Both the position numbers and the translations under genes were made by a program. Under the pieces are notes generated by a model that searched no databases, had not been told where the DNA came from, and saw nothing but the letters and a program-made list of their open reading frames with translations. This document shows, one piece after another, positions 10,958 to 23,768 of a stretch of 64,000 nt of DNA (its first letter is position 1; each line of letters opens with the position of its first letter). Source of the DNA: Macrostomum lignano (lineage: Eukaryota); the NCBI GenBank assembly GCA_002269645.1, contig NIVC01000725.1, positions 434,296 to 498,295 on the forward strand, written 5' to 3'.

Positions 10958-13900
10958 ATGGAGGCTGGGGGTGCCGGCTCTAGCACCGAAGACTTGGTTG
11001 ATTCGGCCATACATGAGTCTGCAGCAGTGGCCTCGCTTCGCTATCTAAATAGCTCAACAGGTTCCACTAATCAGCAGTCAATGTCTTCCCAGCGTCCGAA
11101 AGCGGCAAAGCCAAGAAATCCGTTTCTTGAAGAAGAAGAAGACTTTGATAGTAAAAGCGACATTGGCGATGCTAGTGCTACTCATGTACAGTTTCAGCAG
11201 CAGTTGCAGCAAAACGCGCAACAATCTCAGTTGCAAAAGCAACAAGAAAGCAAAGTATCTGTGCACAAGTTTGCCGAATATTTGTTAACAAACAAATTCT
11301 ATTTAACCGCCTTGGAGTACCATGCCGAACTGTGCGAGCGCGGCGAGCCGCAGGTGTCTAAATTAGCGAATTTCTTTAGTAATCCGGGAAATTTCGAGTC
11401 CACTTATTGGCCAGCCTTGGACAGCCACGCTGGTGGACACAGTTCCGGCCGGATGCAACGATCGCCGAGCGTCACCACCTTCGATTCCATGGATGCGGCT
11501 AGAAACTCGGACAATGGCGATCAGGCCACTGACGAACGCGTCCCTGTGTTAGAATTCGAGCTGAGAAAAGCTCGAGAAACGATTGCCAGCTTGCGGCAGG
11601 AGCTCACTGATAAGGCTAAATCCTTGCTGCAGCCTCATCGACTGTCTGAGGAGGATCCAGACGCTGCCTCGGCCGCTGCCACTGGAGGAGCAGCTGGAGG
11701 CGCAGTTGTCGGTGGTGCCAATGAAGGTGACGAGACTGACAGCGGATGGCAGGCCAGTTCTTCGGCTGACGAGCCAATCCAAAGTCACGAGAAGCGCGTA
11801 TTGAACTTTCTAATTTATGAGTACCTGCTGCAGATGGATTATAAGTACACGCCGGCATCCTTTGCCGAAGAAAATGCCGATCAAATATTCGACTCCTGGG
11901 ACGATGTCGGCTTGAATATGCCCAAGCCGAAGGATCTATTAAGGATGTTGAGATCGCAGGAGTCTGCATCAGCCGCAGCTGCTGCTGCCGCCGCTGCTGC
12001 GGCGTTGCAAACTGCGGAGGCTGAATGTCAGACAGATCCAGATGAGCAGCGGTTGGCTTGGGAACGGGAGCGAGTTGAACTGCGCGAACGAACCGAAGAG
12101 CTGGAAGAATTAGTTGATCAGCTCAAGGCTGAGTCGGCTGCTAGTAAACAGCGTATGCTCAAGCTGGAAAATGACTTGCATAGAGCCAGGTAGCCTTTTT
12201 TATTTGTATCCTGGGGAATTTTTAAGCCTCAGAATCAAATAATATACTTAAAATCTCTCTATCCTACTCTTTACACTGCTAAGCCTCTGACTCACAGGTT
12301 GTTAACTCAGTCAGAGAGGTTGCTAACTCAGTGAGAGAGGTTGCTAACTCAGTCAGAGAGGTTGCTAACTCAGAGAGGTTGCTAACTCAGTCAGAGAGGT
12401 TGCTAACTCAGTCAGAGAGGTTGCTAACTCAGTCAGAGAGGTTGCTAACTCAGTGAGAGAGGTTGCTAACTCAGTCAGAGAGGTTGCTAACTCAGTGAGA
12501 GAGGTTGCTAACTCAGTGAGAGAGGTTGCTAACTCAGTCAGAGAGGTTGCTAACTCAGTCAGAGAGGTTGCTAACTCAGTCAGAGAGGTTGCTAACTCAG
12601 TTGTAGGGATTGCTAGCCCAGTAGGTCTGGCTTATTTGCCCTCTGAGAGTCAGAAAGTTAAGCAGAATAGACCGTGGTTAGTACGCAGCTCTTCCTTAAC
12701 ATGTTTTTTATAGTCTGTCACCTTGTGAATATAAAAGTATAATTTATAATTTTTATTGTGTTTATCGGGTCTGGACTTATAAACCCGTGCACAATCGATC
12801 CAACAGGTCCAACATGGTGTCTACTAAGAGCAAAAGATCAGACACCGCAGGCACAGCCAATAGCGACGGCTCCGGATCCGCTTCGGTTAATCGTGAAGTT
12901 GACGAACTCATGGAAGATGAAGAGCCCAGCTTTACCGCCACGTCTCGCTCGGTGCCGCAGTTATTTATCAGACAACTGTACCAGTCTGTGCTGCCGTTCC
13001 GTCTAGAGGAGAGCTTGGTTACCATGGGAACCAGTCCAGAGGAGCTGGTCCGCATTCTTGGCCACGTGCTACCCTGCCTCATACCGGGCGTGCTGTTTGA
13101 CTATCGGCATCTAGCAGTGCCGCTGGCGGTTCACACGGCCTGCCTGCACCCGGACTCCGGAGCCCGAGACCAACTGCTCCGCCTGTTGTTTAACATGACC
13201 AAAACTCCTGACAGAAAGCAGAGAAATGAAATTTTAGAAGGCTGTTTAAGCTTCGCTAAAAGTGTTGGGCCCAGCCGGATTGAGGCGGAACTGCTGCCTC
13301 AGATCTGGGAACAGTTGGGTCACAAGGCCGACTCAAGGCGGCTGCTTGTTGTTGAAGCCTGCGCCACTTTGCTGCCATTTCTGCCAGCCACTCTGCGCGA
13401 CTCTCTTGTGCTCAGCATGCTGCAGCAGATGTTTGAAGAGGAGCGCACCGCGGAAGTTCGTTGCGCTATTATTCGGACATTGTCTCTGTTGTCCTGCTAT
13501 ATTGAGGATCGGGATAAATTCCCAGCGATTGCAAAGATTTTAATTGCCTGTCTAACGGACGGGACTAGCGAGTCTATATCGGAGACTACAGCTGATTTCC
13601 TGTTGCCAGCTGTGGCCAGCTGGGCGCTGGAGCTGGGATGCCTGCACACTGGCTTGATCGATCCTATGCTAGACAGATTGGACAGCTCTCTGCGTCAGCT
13701 GCCCAGCGTCTCGGAGGCGTTGCAATTGTCTCGACTGTTGCAATTGTTGCGACTGTTGGTGCCGTTTGTAGTTGTGTGGATTGTCAGGCACTTGCCGCAG
13801 AGTTCAGGTTGGTGTACATGCCTAACGATAAATAAAATCAGGGCCGCGCGCTTGTGTGCCTGCTAAAGGGGAGTCGGTGGAATGGGCAGTAATGCCTCTT

Positions 13901-16900
13901 GGTGGTTGTGCGACAATGTCGTTTAAAATGCGCCAGAGTGCACTCTGTTCTGAATGTTCACCGGTGTCTCAGCCTGGCTGTTCACCGGGATCTCAGCCCG
14001 GCTGTTCACCGGGATCTCAGGCCTGCTGTTCACTGGGATCTCAGCCCGGCTGTTCACCGGGATCTCAGCCAGGCTGTTAACCAGGGTCTCATTTAAGCTG
14101 TTTACCGGGGTCTCACGTCTCAGCCAGGCTGTTCACCGGGATCTCAGCCCGTCCTGTTCACCGGGGATCTCCGCCCGTCTTGTTCACCGGGATCTCAGCC
14201 AGGCTGTTAACCAGGGTCTCATCTAAGCTGTTCACCGGGATCTCAGCCCGTCTGTTCACCGGGATCTCAGCCCTGCTGTTCACCGGGATCTCAGCCCTGC
14301 TGTTCACTGGAATCTCAGCCCTGTTGTTTACTGGGATCTCAGCCCTGCTGTTCACTGGGATCTCAGCCCGGCTGTTCACCGGTAGCTCAGCCCGGCCGGT
14401 AGCTCAGCCCGGCTTGTTCACCGGGGTCTCAGCCAAGCTGTTCACCGGGATCTCAGCCCTGCTGTGTAAAAGTTTTTTGTACTAACTAAAATTAACACTG
14501 TTTGTTTGTTTCCTGACTTACTATTAGTAGTATTATATCGTCTATTTATTTCTAACAGGCTATGGACAGCATCAACAACAGCAGCAGAAAAATCTGTTTC
14601 GCTCAGCAGTAGAGCAATCAGCTGTTTCTTCAAGCAATGGCGAATCAAATTCCATCTCGGGTGGGGCGGCATCGTCTGCGGTTGTTGCTTCGGCCAATCA
14701 GAGTCGACCGAATCTCTATGCTTATGACCTTATTTGTCCTAGCTTTGCTTTGTACAGCCAGGCCCTGCACTGCTACTGCAGTCAGCCGGCTTGGGAAGCC
14801 TGGTCCGAGGCCGCCTACATCAATGCCCGCCTAGCGCCGGGCCTGCTTACAGTTCTCCAATGCCAGCATATTAACGAAGTTCACTGCTCGGCTGTTTGTC
14901 GCCTATTTGCTCAACTTTCGGCTAGTCTGGGTGTCTATTTTGTACAGCGCACCCTGATGCCGCTCATGCGGCGCCAGCTGTACGACTTGACTACTTCGCA
15001 ACTGAGATTGGACGCCTTGGAGACCTGCCTACCTGCCGGCTATTGCGTCTGCCTGTTGGCCGCCTGCAGCGAGGACGAGACTGACACCTACGAGGCCGAG
15101 TTGCGAGATGAAGTTCATAAGGTACTTTTTCTTGTCAATTCGTTTCTTTTATCATCGTTCTCTGTAGCTAAATTTGTCGGTAATTGCATCGGTATGTGTC
15201 GATGTCAAAGGATCGCTAAATGTGTCGGTATGTCTCGATGTCAAAGGATCGCTAAATGTGTCGGTATGTCTCGATGTCAAAGTGTCGCTAAATGTGTCAG
15301 TATGTCTCGATGTCAAAGTGTCGCTAAATGTGCCGGTATGTCTCGATGTCAAAGTGTCACTAAATGTGCCGGTATGTCTCGATGTCAAAGTGTCGCTAAA
15401 TGTGTCAGTATGTCTCGATGTCAAAGTGTCGCTAAATGTGTCGGTATGTCTCGATGTCAAAGTGTCGCTAAATGTGTCAGTATGTCTCGATGTCAAAGGA
15501 TCGCTAAATTTGTCGGTATGTCTCGATGTCAAAGTGTCGCTAAATGTGTCGGTATGTCTCGATGTCAAAGTGTCGCTAAATGTGTCAGTATGTCTCGATG
15601 TCAAAGGATCGCTAAATGTGTCGGTATGTCTCGATGTCAAAGTGTCGCTAAATGTGTCGGTATGTCTCGATGTCAAAGTGTCACTAAATGTGCCGGTATG
15701 TCTCGATGTCAAAGTGTCGCTAAATGTGTCGGTATGTCTCGATGTCAAAGTGTCACTAAATGTGCCGGTATGTCTCGATGTCAAAGTGTCGCTAAATGTG
15801 TCGGTATGTCTCGATGTCAAAGTGTCACTAAATGTGTCGGTATGTGTCGATGTCGTAGAGTCCCTCATGTGTCGATTTCCAAGTGTCGCTTAATGTGTCG
15901 GTGTGTGTCGATTTTGATGTGTCAGTTTGTGTGATGTTGAGTTGTCGCTAAATGTGTCAGTATGTGTCGATATCGAAGTGTCGCTAAGTATGTCGGTATA
16001 TGTCGATCAAAAGTAGTCGAATGTCGGTAAAGATACATTCATATAGGTGCCGCTGCACTGATTAATGCTTATCAAAGTTGTTGCCACTGCTCCACAGGTG
16101 CTCCTAGACGGTGTCGCAGCGCTAGCCAACAGTAAACGCCGCCTCAACGGTATCTGCGCCTGTCTTAAAGAACTGTGCAGCTGCCTGCCTAGCGGTAGCG
16201 GCGAGCGAGCTGCCCTTCGTCTACTGTGGGACTGCATCGTTCTTCCAGAAGCAACTGTCGAACTACGGTCGGCCTGTTGCCGGCTGTGCAACGCTTTAGT
16301 GCACAGCACAGAGAATGAAGCCACAATAGGCGAGACAGTGAAAGCTTTGGTCACCCTGGCATCGGATTCGTCGAGTGCAGTACGCCGAGCCTGTGTGAAA
16401 CCACTGGGCTCGATTTTAACGCTGGCTAAATCGGCTGAACTGTTAGACAAAGTGCGGGTGCAGACTAGCGAGATCCTGTTCGACCCGGGCCCTGATGACG
16501 ACATGGAGTCCAGGATTGAGTGCGCCAACTATTGCACCGCTTTTGGGCCGAAGGTTGATCAAAGATTTCGCGAAGATGTCCTGCTGCCCGCGCTGGACAG
16601 GCTGACAGTTGGTTGTCCGACATCGGCTGCTGGACAGAAACTGTTGCTAAGCCTATTCGAAGCCTACTCAGCTCTGAGCTGTTCGTATCTAAGCGCCGGA
16701 GCCGCTGAGAATAAGCTGTTGCCAGGCCTGAAACAGCTAGCTGATAAATTGATAAGCCACCCGGATCACCGCACCGTGATTGATGCTATTGTTCAAGATT
16801 TTGAAGCCAGACTTCAGGTCTCTATGCAGCCAGCTGAGCAACATCAACAGCCGCAACAGCAGCAGCAACAGCAGCAGCAACAGCAGCAGCAGCAGCAGCA

Positions 16901-17003
16901 GCAGCAAGCAAATGAAGCAACGAAATCTTCCGGTCTAGTCGATCGATTGAAAGATTTTCGGGATGGCAAAAATTCTCGATCTCTGTTTGGACGTAAAAAA
17001 TGA
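10958..17003 (+). CDS. RELCH: RAB11-binding LisH, coiled-coil and HEAT-repeat protein (KIAA1468); exons 10958..12189, 12807..13807, 14559..15121, 16098..17003
   Basis: Motifs NPFL, FSNPGNFE, DERVPVLEFELRKARETI, EKRVLNFLIYEYLL, WDDVGLNMPKPKDLL, RIEAELLPQIWEQ, RRLLVVEAC and C-terminal RKK match RELCH. GT-AG junction phases 2/1/0 are consistent. The start codon could instead be the ATG near 11080. Confidence 0.93.
12295..12602. repeat. Minisatellite, 21-bp unit GAGAGGTTGCTAACTCAGT(C/G)A, RELCH intron 1
   Basis: About 14 tandem units. Confidence 0.95.
13810..13942 (+). mobile_element. Diverged internal/3' fragment of SINE family 1
   Basis: GTGTACATGCCTAACGATAA...GGGCCGC...GGGGAGTCGGTGGAATGGGCAGTAATGCCTC...ATGTCGTTTAAAATGCGCCAG aligns by eye with 2749-2912 of the full copy, with an internal deletion. 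Confidence 0.85.
13958..14465. repeat. Minisatellite, 24-bp unit CTGTTCACCGGGATCTCAGCCCGG, RELCH intron 2
   Basis: About 20 variable units. Confidence 0.95.
15165..16010. repeat. Minisatellite, 36-bp unit GTCGCTAAATGTGTCGGTATGTCTCGATGTCAAAGT, RELCH intron 3
   Basis: About 20 good units plus degenerate edges. Confidence 0.95.
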
Positions 17004-17904
17004 GAAAAAAAGTTGCGAACGCTTTTATAATAACGAAGGTTTAATAATTCCACTAACTGAACAATTTATTAATCGGCTGGACTTTCAGGGATGCTTTAAA
17101 GATATTTTAAAGGCTCATATGATTAAAAGTACTTTTGGAGACAGAATAAATACGAGTATTGAAAGTTTAAATTAACATCACGATAGAGCCCAGGAGGTTG
17201 TCATGCAATTCACACTCCGAGAGTGTACATGCCTGATGATTAGAAAGTCAAGGGGCCGCTGGAGATTAGCAGTTTTAAGACACAACACAAGCCTATTGTT
17301 AACTTCACGTGCCTAAATTTTAATTAATTGGATAATTTCTACAATACAATAATTGGATAAATTTATAATATACACTAATGCATGTGGTCACATAATATGC
17401 TCGGAGCTCGCTTCGATCTTTGCTAAAGCTTTCATCTAATTGATTTAATAGAAGCAATTCAAAAGTTGTGATATGTGTTAAAGTGCGTTTTTTTAGAAAC
17501 ATAAAACAAACAGATTTTCAATAGTTCTGTCCATTATTGGCTTGCTGTACATTATATAATATATTTCATGAATTGCTTAAAACATGCTGATACAGAATAA
17601 CATTCCAAGGTAATCAATGATTTACTTAATAATTCCGTACACGATTATATAACGGAGAGGAGTAATCTTAATTAAGAAATATTAGAAGTTCATTGCCATT
17701 CACTTTTTTGTCTGACTTTTCGCGTTGTTTTCGTCGGTAATGAATCAAAGACCAAATGTAATAAACATTCATTATTCCTTTCTTGTGATGTACTTATTAT
17801 GTCGGCAGTAATTTTTTATGATAATCCAAATAAAATATTTCAAGAAATGTTCTTTATATTCCTTAAATATCTGGTCTCTTCATTTTAGCCAAGCGAGTGA
17901 AATT

Positions 17905-19057
17905 AGTGGGGGTAGGAAAGTGGGGTCACCTGGTGGGGGTAGGAAAGTGGGGTCAGCGGGTGGGGGGTAGGTTAGTGGGGCTAGCGGGTAGGGGTAGGAA
18001 AGTGGGGTTAGCGGTTGGGGGGTAGGTTAGTGGGGCTAGCGGGTCGGGGTAGGAAAGTGGGGTCAGCGGTTGGGGGGTAGGTTAGTGGGGCTAGCGGGTA
18101 GGGGTAGGAAAGTGGGGTCAGCGGTTGGGGGGTAGGTTAGTGGGGCTAGCGGGTCGGGGGTAGGAAAGTGGGGTTAGCGGGTCGGGGGTAGGAAAGTGGG
18201 GTTAGCGGGTCGGGGTAGGAAAGTGGGGTCAGCGGGTCGGGGGTAGGAAAGTGGGGTTAGCGGGTCGGGGGTAGGAAAGTGGGGTCAGCGGTTGGGGGGT
18301 AGGTTAGTGGGGTTAGCGGGTCGGGGGTAGGAAAGTGGGGTTAGCGGGTCGGGGGTAGGAAAGTGGGGTTAGCGGGTCGGGGGTAGGAAAGTGGGGTTAG
18401 CGGGTTGGGGTAGGAAAATGGGGCTAGCGGGTCGGGGGTAGGAAAGTGGGGTTAGCGGGTCGGGGGTAGGAAAGTGGGGCTAGCGGGTCGGGGGTAGGAA
18501 AGTGGGGTTAGCGGGTTGGGGTAGGAAAGTGGGGTTTGCGGGTTGGGGTAGGAAAGTGGGGTTAGCGGGTTGGGGTAGGAAAGTGGGGTTAGCGGGTTGG
18601 GGTAGGAAAGTGGGGTTAGCGGGTTGGGGTAGGAAAGTGGGGTTAGCGGGTTGGGGTAGGAAAGTGGGGTTTGCGGGTTGGGGTAGGAAAGTGGGGTTAG
18701 CGGGTTGGGGTAGGAAAGTGGGGTTAGCGGGTTGGGGTAGGAAAGTGGGGTTAGCGGGTTGGGGTAGGAAAGTGGGGTTAGCGGGTTGGGGTAGGAAAGT
18801 GGGGTTAGCGGGTTGGGGTAGGAAAGTGGGGTTTGCGGGTTGGGGTAGGAAAGTGGGGTTAGCGGGTTGGGGTAGGAAAGTGGGGTTTGCGGGTTGGGGT
18901 AGGAAAGTGGGGTCAGCTGGTGGGGGTAGGAAAATGGGGTTAGCGGGTCGGGGGTAGGAAAGTGGGGTTAGCGGGTCGGGGGTAGGAAAGTGGGGTTAGC
19001 GGGTTGGGGTAGGAAAGTGGGGTTAGCGGGTCGGGGGTAGGAAAATGGGGTTAGCGG
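17905..19057. repeat. G-rich minisatellite, 27-bp unit GGGGTAGGAAAGTGGGGTTAGCGGGTT, directly upstream of ARL13B
   Basis: About 42 units with three G-runs each; ends about 50 bp before the ARL13B ATG. Confidence 0.95.
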
Positions 19058-19105
19058 AAATTCTGATATCTAATCAATCATTCAATTCTATTTTTGCATG
19101 CAACA

Positions 19106-22100
19106 ATGACAATCGGCGCTTGCTTTTTCGGCTTTGGCAAAAAGAAAAAGAATGCAAATAAGTAAGTTAATATAAATGCCAATTTTCTATGCTAATTATT
19201 CTACAAATGTAGAAAGCAGTATAACGGTTTTTAAATCATTTAAATGCTTGATTTCGCTACTTATAGTAGAAATATGCAAATAATACTATCTTTATTTATC
19301 CAGAGAGATAACTCTAGCAATATTCGGCATTGATAATGCCGGTAAAACCACGACAACAAAAAGTATTCGAGGCGATTCGCTAGAAGTCTGTCCAACAATG
19401 GGCTTCGATCTAATCGAATTCAGCCTGGATAGTTACAATGTCTCCATGTACGATATTGGCGGCAGCGGCAACCTTCGCAGCATATGGAATAATTATTTTA
19501 GCGAGATACACGGCCTAGTGTATGTTGTTGACTCCTGCGATGCCGATAGGCTGGATGAGACCAGGGCTACTCTGGCTGGTCTCCTGCAGAATGAGCTGAT
19601 TCAGGGCAAACCTGTGCTACTGCTGGCTAATAAGCAGGACTCTGCTGAGGCTATGGACGAGGCTGAGATTGTTTCTTCACTGCGACTGTCTGAGCTGGCC
19701 TGTGCTAACAGGTGTCCCTGCCGCCTGGAGAGATCTGTGAGTTGGGCTTGTTTTATTTTCTACTTCTTTGCGTCTGCTGGTTTATCATCTTGCGTCTTTG
19801 CTCAGCTTCTGAGCTCCACTTTCTAATTTCTTTTTCCTCTATCCGCTGTCTCCTTCCCTCTATCCGCAGTGGCCTTCCCGCTATCCGCTGTCTCCTTCCC
19901 TTTATCCGCTGTCTCCTTCCCTCTATCCGCTGTCTCCTTCCTTCTATCCGCTGTCTCCTTCCCTCTATCCGCAGTCGCCTTCCCGCTATCCGCTGTCTCC
20001 CTCCTTCCCTCTATCCGCAGTGGCCTTCCCGCTATCCGCTGTCTCCTTCCCTTTATCCGCTGTCTCCCTCCTTCCCTCTATCCGCAGTGGCCTTCCCGCT
20101 ATCCGCTGTCTCCTTCCCTCTATCCGCTGTCTCCCTCCTTCCCTCTATCCGCAGTGGCCTTCCCGCTATCCGCTGTCTCCTTCCCTTTATCCGCTGTCTC
20201 CCTCCTTCCCTCTATCCGCAGTGGCCTTCCCGCTATCCGCTGTCTCCTTCCCTCTATCCGCTGTCTCCCTCCTTCCCTCTATCCGCAGTGGCCTTCCCGC
20301 TATCCGCTGTCTCCTTCTCTTTATCCGCTGTCTCCCTCCTTCCCTCTATCCGCAGTGGCCTTCCCGCTATCCGCTGTCTCCTTCCCTCTATCCGCTGTCT
20401 CCCTCCTTCCCTCTATCCGCAGTGGCCTTCCCGCTATCCGCTGTCTCCTTCCCTCTATCCGCTGTCTCCCTCCTTCCCTCTATCCGCAGTGGCCTTCCCG
20501 CTATCCGCTGTCTCCTTCCCTTTATCCGCTGTCTCCCTCCTTCCCTCTATCCGCAGTGGCCTTCCCGCTATCCGCTGTCTCCTTCCCTCTATCCGCTGTC
20601 TCCCTCCTTCCCTCTATCCGCAGTGGCCTTCCCGCTATCCGCTGTCTCCTTCCCTCTATCCGCTGTCTCCCTCCTTCCCTCTATCCGCAGTGGCCTTCCC
20701 GCTATCCGCTGTCTCTTCCCTATCCGCTGTCTACAACTCTGCCGCTGTCTCCTTCCTTCTATCCGCTGTCTCCTTCCTTCTATCCAGTCTCCTATCCGCT
20801 GTCTCCTTCCTTCTTTCCGCTGTCTCTTCCCTATCCGCTGTCTCCTTCCTTCTATCCGCTGTCTCCTTCCTTCTATCCGCTGTCTCTTCCCTATCCACTG
20901 TCTACAACTCTATCCGCTGTATCCTTTCTTCTATCCGCTGTCTCCTTTCTTCTATCCGCTGTCTCCTTCCTTCTATCCGCTGTCTCCTTCCTTCTATCCG
21001 CTGTCTCCTTCCTTCTATCCGCTGTCTCCTTCCTTCTATCCACTGTCTCTTCCCTATCCGCTGTCTACATCTCTCTGTCCGCTGTCTCCTTCCCTCTATC
21101 CGCCGTCTCCTTCCCTCTATTAGTTGCCTCTTTCTTACACTTCCACTCTCTCCTACACTTCATCCGCTGCAGTCGCCTCCAATTTATCGGCTCTCTCCAG
21201 TCTCCATCAGCATTGCCGCTCTGCCCCCTTTCCCCCAGGTGGCCAACATCGGCACGGGCACCAAGATGGACAAAGGCATCAAGACAGGCCTGCGCTGGCT
21301 GCTGCAGTACATCAGCATGAACTGGGAGGAACTGGACGCCAGAGTCCAGCGGGACAAAGCCGCCAAAGCCGCCGCCGACGCCGAGGAAGCTGCCGCTCGC
21401 AAAGAGCGAGTCAGACGGCGGCGAGAGGAGCGGGAACGTCAGGAAGCTGCCGAGGCGGCCGCCGCAGGCACCGCCCCGCTCGATGCCGCCGATAAGCCCG
21501 AAGATGATGCCGCGTCTGCGAGTGTTCCTGCCGCTGCAGCTGCCGCTGCTGATGAAGATAAAGATGCTAGCGATTTGCGTCCAAAACGACGCGGTGGAAG
21601 GCTGCGTCAGGTGTGTTAAATAATATTCCGATTATAGGCTAACCTACTGCTAGCGGCTTCCTGAACTCCCTTATTCTTATTCCTAAACTACTTGTTGATA
21701 TCATTGCAGGCTGTCACTACAGACTCATTACAGGCTCAATACAGACTCTCACTACAGACTTTCACTACTACAGAATCTCACTGTAGTCTTACTACAGAAT
21801 CTCACTACAGAATCACACTACAGACTCACTAGAGTCACTACAGACTCACTACGGACTCAGTACAGAATCTCACTACAGACTGAGTACAGAATCTCACTAC
21901 AGACTGAGTACAGAATCTCACTACAGACTGAGTACAGAATCTCACTACAGACTGAGTACAGAATCTCACTACAGACTCAGTACAGAATCTCACTACAGAC
22001 TCAGTACAGAATCTCACTACAGACTCAGTACAGAATCTCACTACAGACTCAGTACAGAATCTCACTACAGACTCAGTACAGAATCTCACTACAGACTCAG

Positions 22101-23768
22101 TACAGAATCTCACTACAGACTCAGTACAGAATCTCACTACGGACTCACTACGGACTCACTACAGACTCAATAGATTCTTTGAGTCCCGTCCTTCTCACTT
22201 TCTCAAACCAATATCAACTCAACTAGGTTGAACCGCTAGACCAGCCGAGCGGCGTCGACAGCAGCAAGACTGCCGACGACAACGCCAAAAACCAAGCCGA
22301 TTCCGACACCGAAGAGCCGGCGTCGGCGTCAGCCGCCAATCGACATCGACTAAATCGCCGACATCGTCGACGTAGCAGTGGCGGCTCCGGCGACTTCAAC
22401 GAAGAGGACGGCAAAGAAGAGGACTACTATAGCGAGCGTCGCCGACGTTCTAGACGACATCGTCGCGATGTCGATGATCCGACATCGGCCGCCGCTGTCG
22501 CGGCTGACGACCAGCCCGAGGAGAATAGCTCCGACCGGAAGCCGAAACAGAGATCGTCCTCTTCCGGCGAAAGATCGACTGCCGGCAAAACCGGGCGTCG
22601 GCATCGGCGGCTGGCACCGGCGGACGACGCCACTGAAGGCGACGGCCGGGCAGCGGCGGCGGCGGCGGCGGCCCCTCCGGTTGGGCTGTTCGAAATCGGC
22701 GCTGGTCCCAAAGGGCGAGGCGACGAGGCCGGCGGCGGCTCTAGCAGGCTGTCCAGTAAGTCGATTGTCTGATCCCATTTATCCTCTCTCTACTCACCTG
22801 TCTGATCCCATTTATCCCCTCTCTACTCACCTGTCTGATCCCATTTATCCCCTCTCTACTCACCTGTCTGATCCCATTTATCCCCTCTCTACTCACCTGT
22901 CTGATCCCATTTATCCCCTCTCTACTCACCTGTCTGATCCCATTTATCCTCTTTCTACTCACCTGTCTGATCCCATTTATCCCCTCTCTACTCACCTGTC
23001 TGATCCCATTTATCCCCTCTCTACTCACCTGTCTGATCCCATTCATCCCCTCTCTACTCACCTGTCTGATCCCATTCATCCCCTCTATTCTCACTTGTCT
23101 GATCCCATTCATCCCCTTTTTACTCATCTGTCTGATCCCATTCATCCCCTTTTTATTATTCACCTGTCTGATCCCATTCATCCCCTTTTTACTCACCTGT
23201 CTGATCCCATTCATCCCCTTTTTACTCACCTGTCTGATCCCATTCATCCCCTTTTTACTCACCTGTCTGATCCCATTCATCCCCTTTTTACTCACCTGTC
23301 TGATCCCATTCATCCCCTTTTTACTCACCTGTCTGATCCCATTCATCCCCTTTTTACTCACCTGTCTGATCCCATTCATCCCCTTTTTATTATTCACCTG
23401 TCTGATCCCATCTATCATCTTTTTACTCACCTGTCTGATCCCATTCATTCCCTTTTTACTCACCTGTCTGATCCCATTCATCCCCTTTTTACTCACCTGT
23501 CTGATCCCATTCATCCCCTTTTTATTATTCACCTGTCTGATCCCATTCATCCCTTTTTTACTCACCTGTTTGATCCCATTTATCATCTTTTTACTCACCT
23601 GTCTGATCCCATTCATTCCCTCTATTCTCACCTATCTGATCCCATGTTTCTCTGCTGTCTGATTTATCATCAGTTGTCTAAATCCGGTTATTAACATACA
23701 ACATTTCAGAATTGCCACCGCTAAGAGGTGCCCAGCCGAACACAGATGAAGCGGATCCTCTTACTTAA
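19106..23768 (+). CDS. ARL13B: ADP-ribosylation factor-like GTPase 13B (ciliary); exons 19106..19161, 19304..19736, 21239..21610, 22227..22755, 23710..23768
   Basis: GIDNAGKT (G1), DIGGSG (G3 lacking the catalytic Gln, as in ARL13), LANKQD (G4), MDKGIKTGLRWLL plus coiled coil, VEPL ciliary-targeting-like motif and C-terminal KLPPL..QPNTD. Splice phases 2/0/0/1 are consistent. Confidence 0.9.
19835..21120. repeat. Pyrimidine-rich minisatellite (21-25-bp CCGCTGTCTCCTTCCCTCTAT family) with a 67-bp higher-order repeat, ARL13B intron 2
   Basis: GTGGCC recurs every 67 bp from 20020 to about 20700. Confidence 0.95.
21712..22168. repeat. Minisatellite, 24-bp unit CTCACTACAGACTCAGTACAGAAT, ARL13B intron 3
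   Basis: About 13 clean units plus degenerate flanks. Confidence 0.95.
22765..23645. repeat. Minisatellite, 33-bp unit CTGTCTGATCCCATTCATCCCCTTTTTACTCAC, ARL13B intron 4
   Basis: About 26 units starting about 10 nt after the donor. Confidence 0.95.

Noticed and set aside
15122-15934. Cys-rich repeat protein (AKCVGMSRCQSV)n in frame with RELCH exon 3
   Set aside because: Read-through of the donor at 15121 into a 36-bp minisatellite; a clean phase-0 GT-AG splice to 16098 restores RELCH.
18000-19050. Interstitial telomeric repeat
   Set aside because: Only an isolated GGGTTAG per 27-bp unit; no (TTAGGG)n tract.
19094-19103. X-box (RFX site) upstream of the ciliary gene ARL13B
   Set aside because: TTGCATGCAA is palindromic but lacks the GTNRCC half of the consensus; too weak to call.
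19712-21238. Long ORFs of 367-635 aa (PLSAVSF/LPSIRC repeats)
   Set aside because: Translations of the intron-2 pyrimidine array, which lacks stops; only the part from 21239 is ARL13B exon 3.
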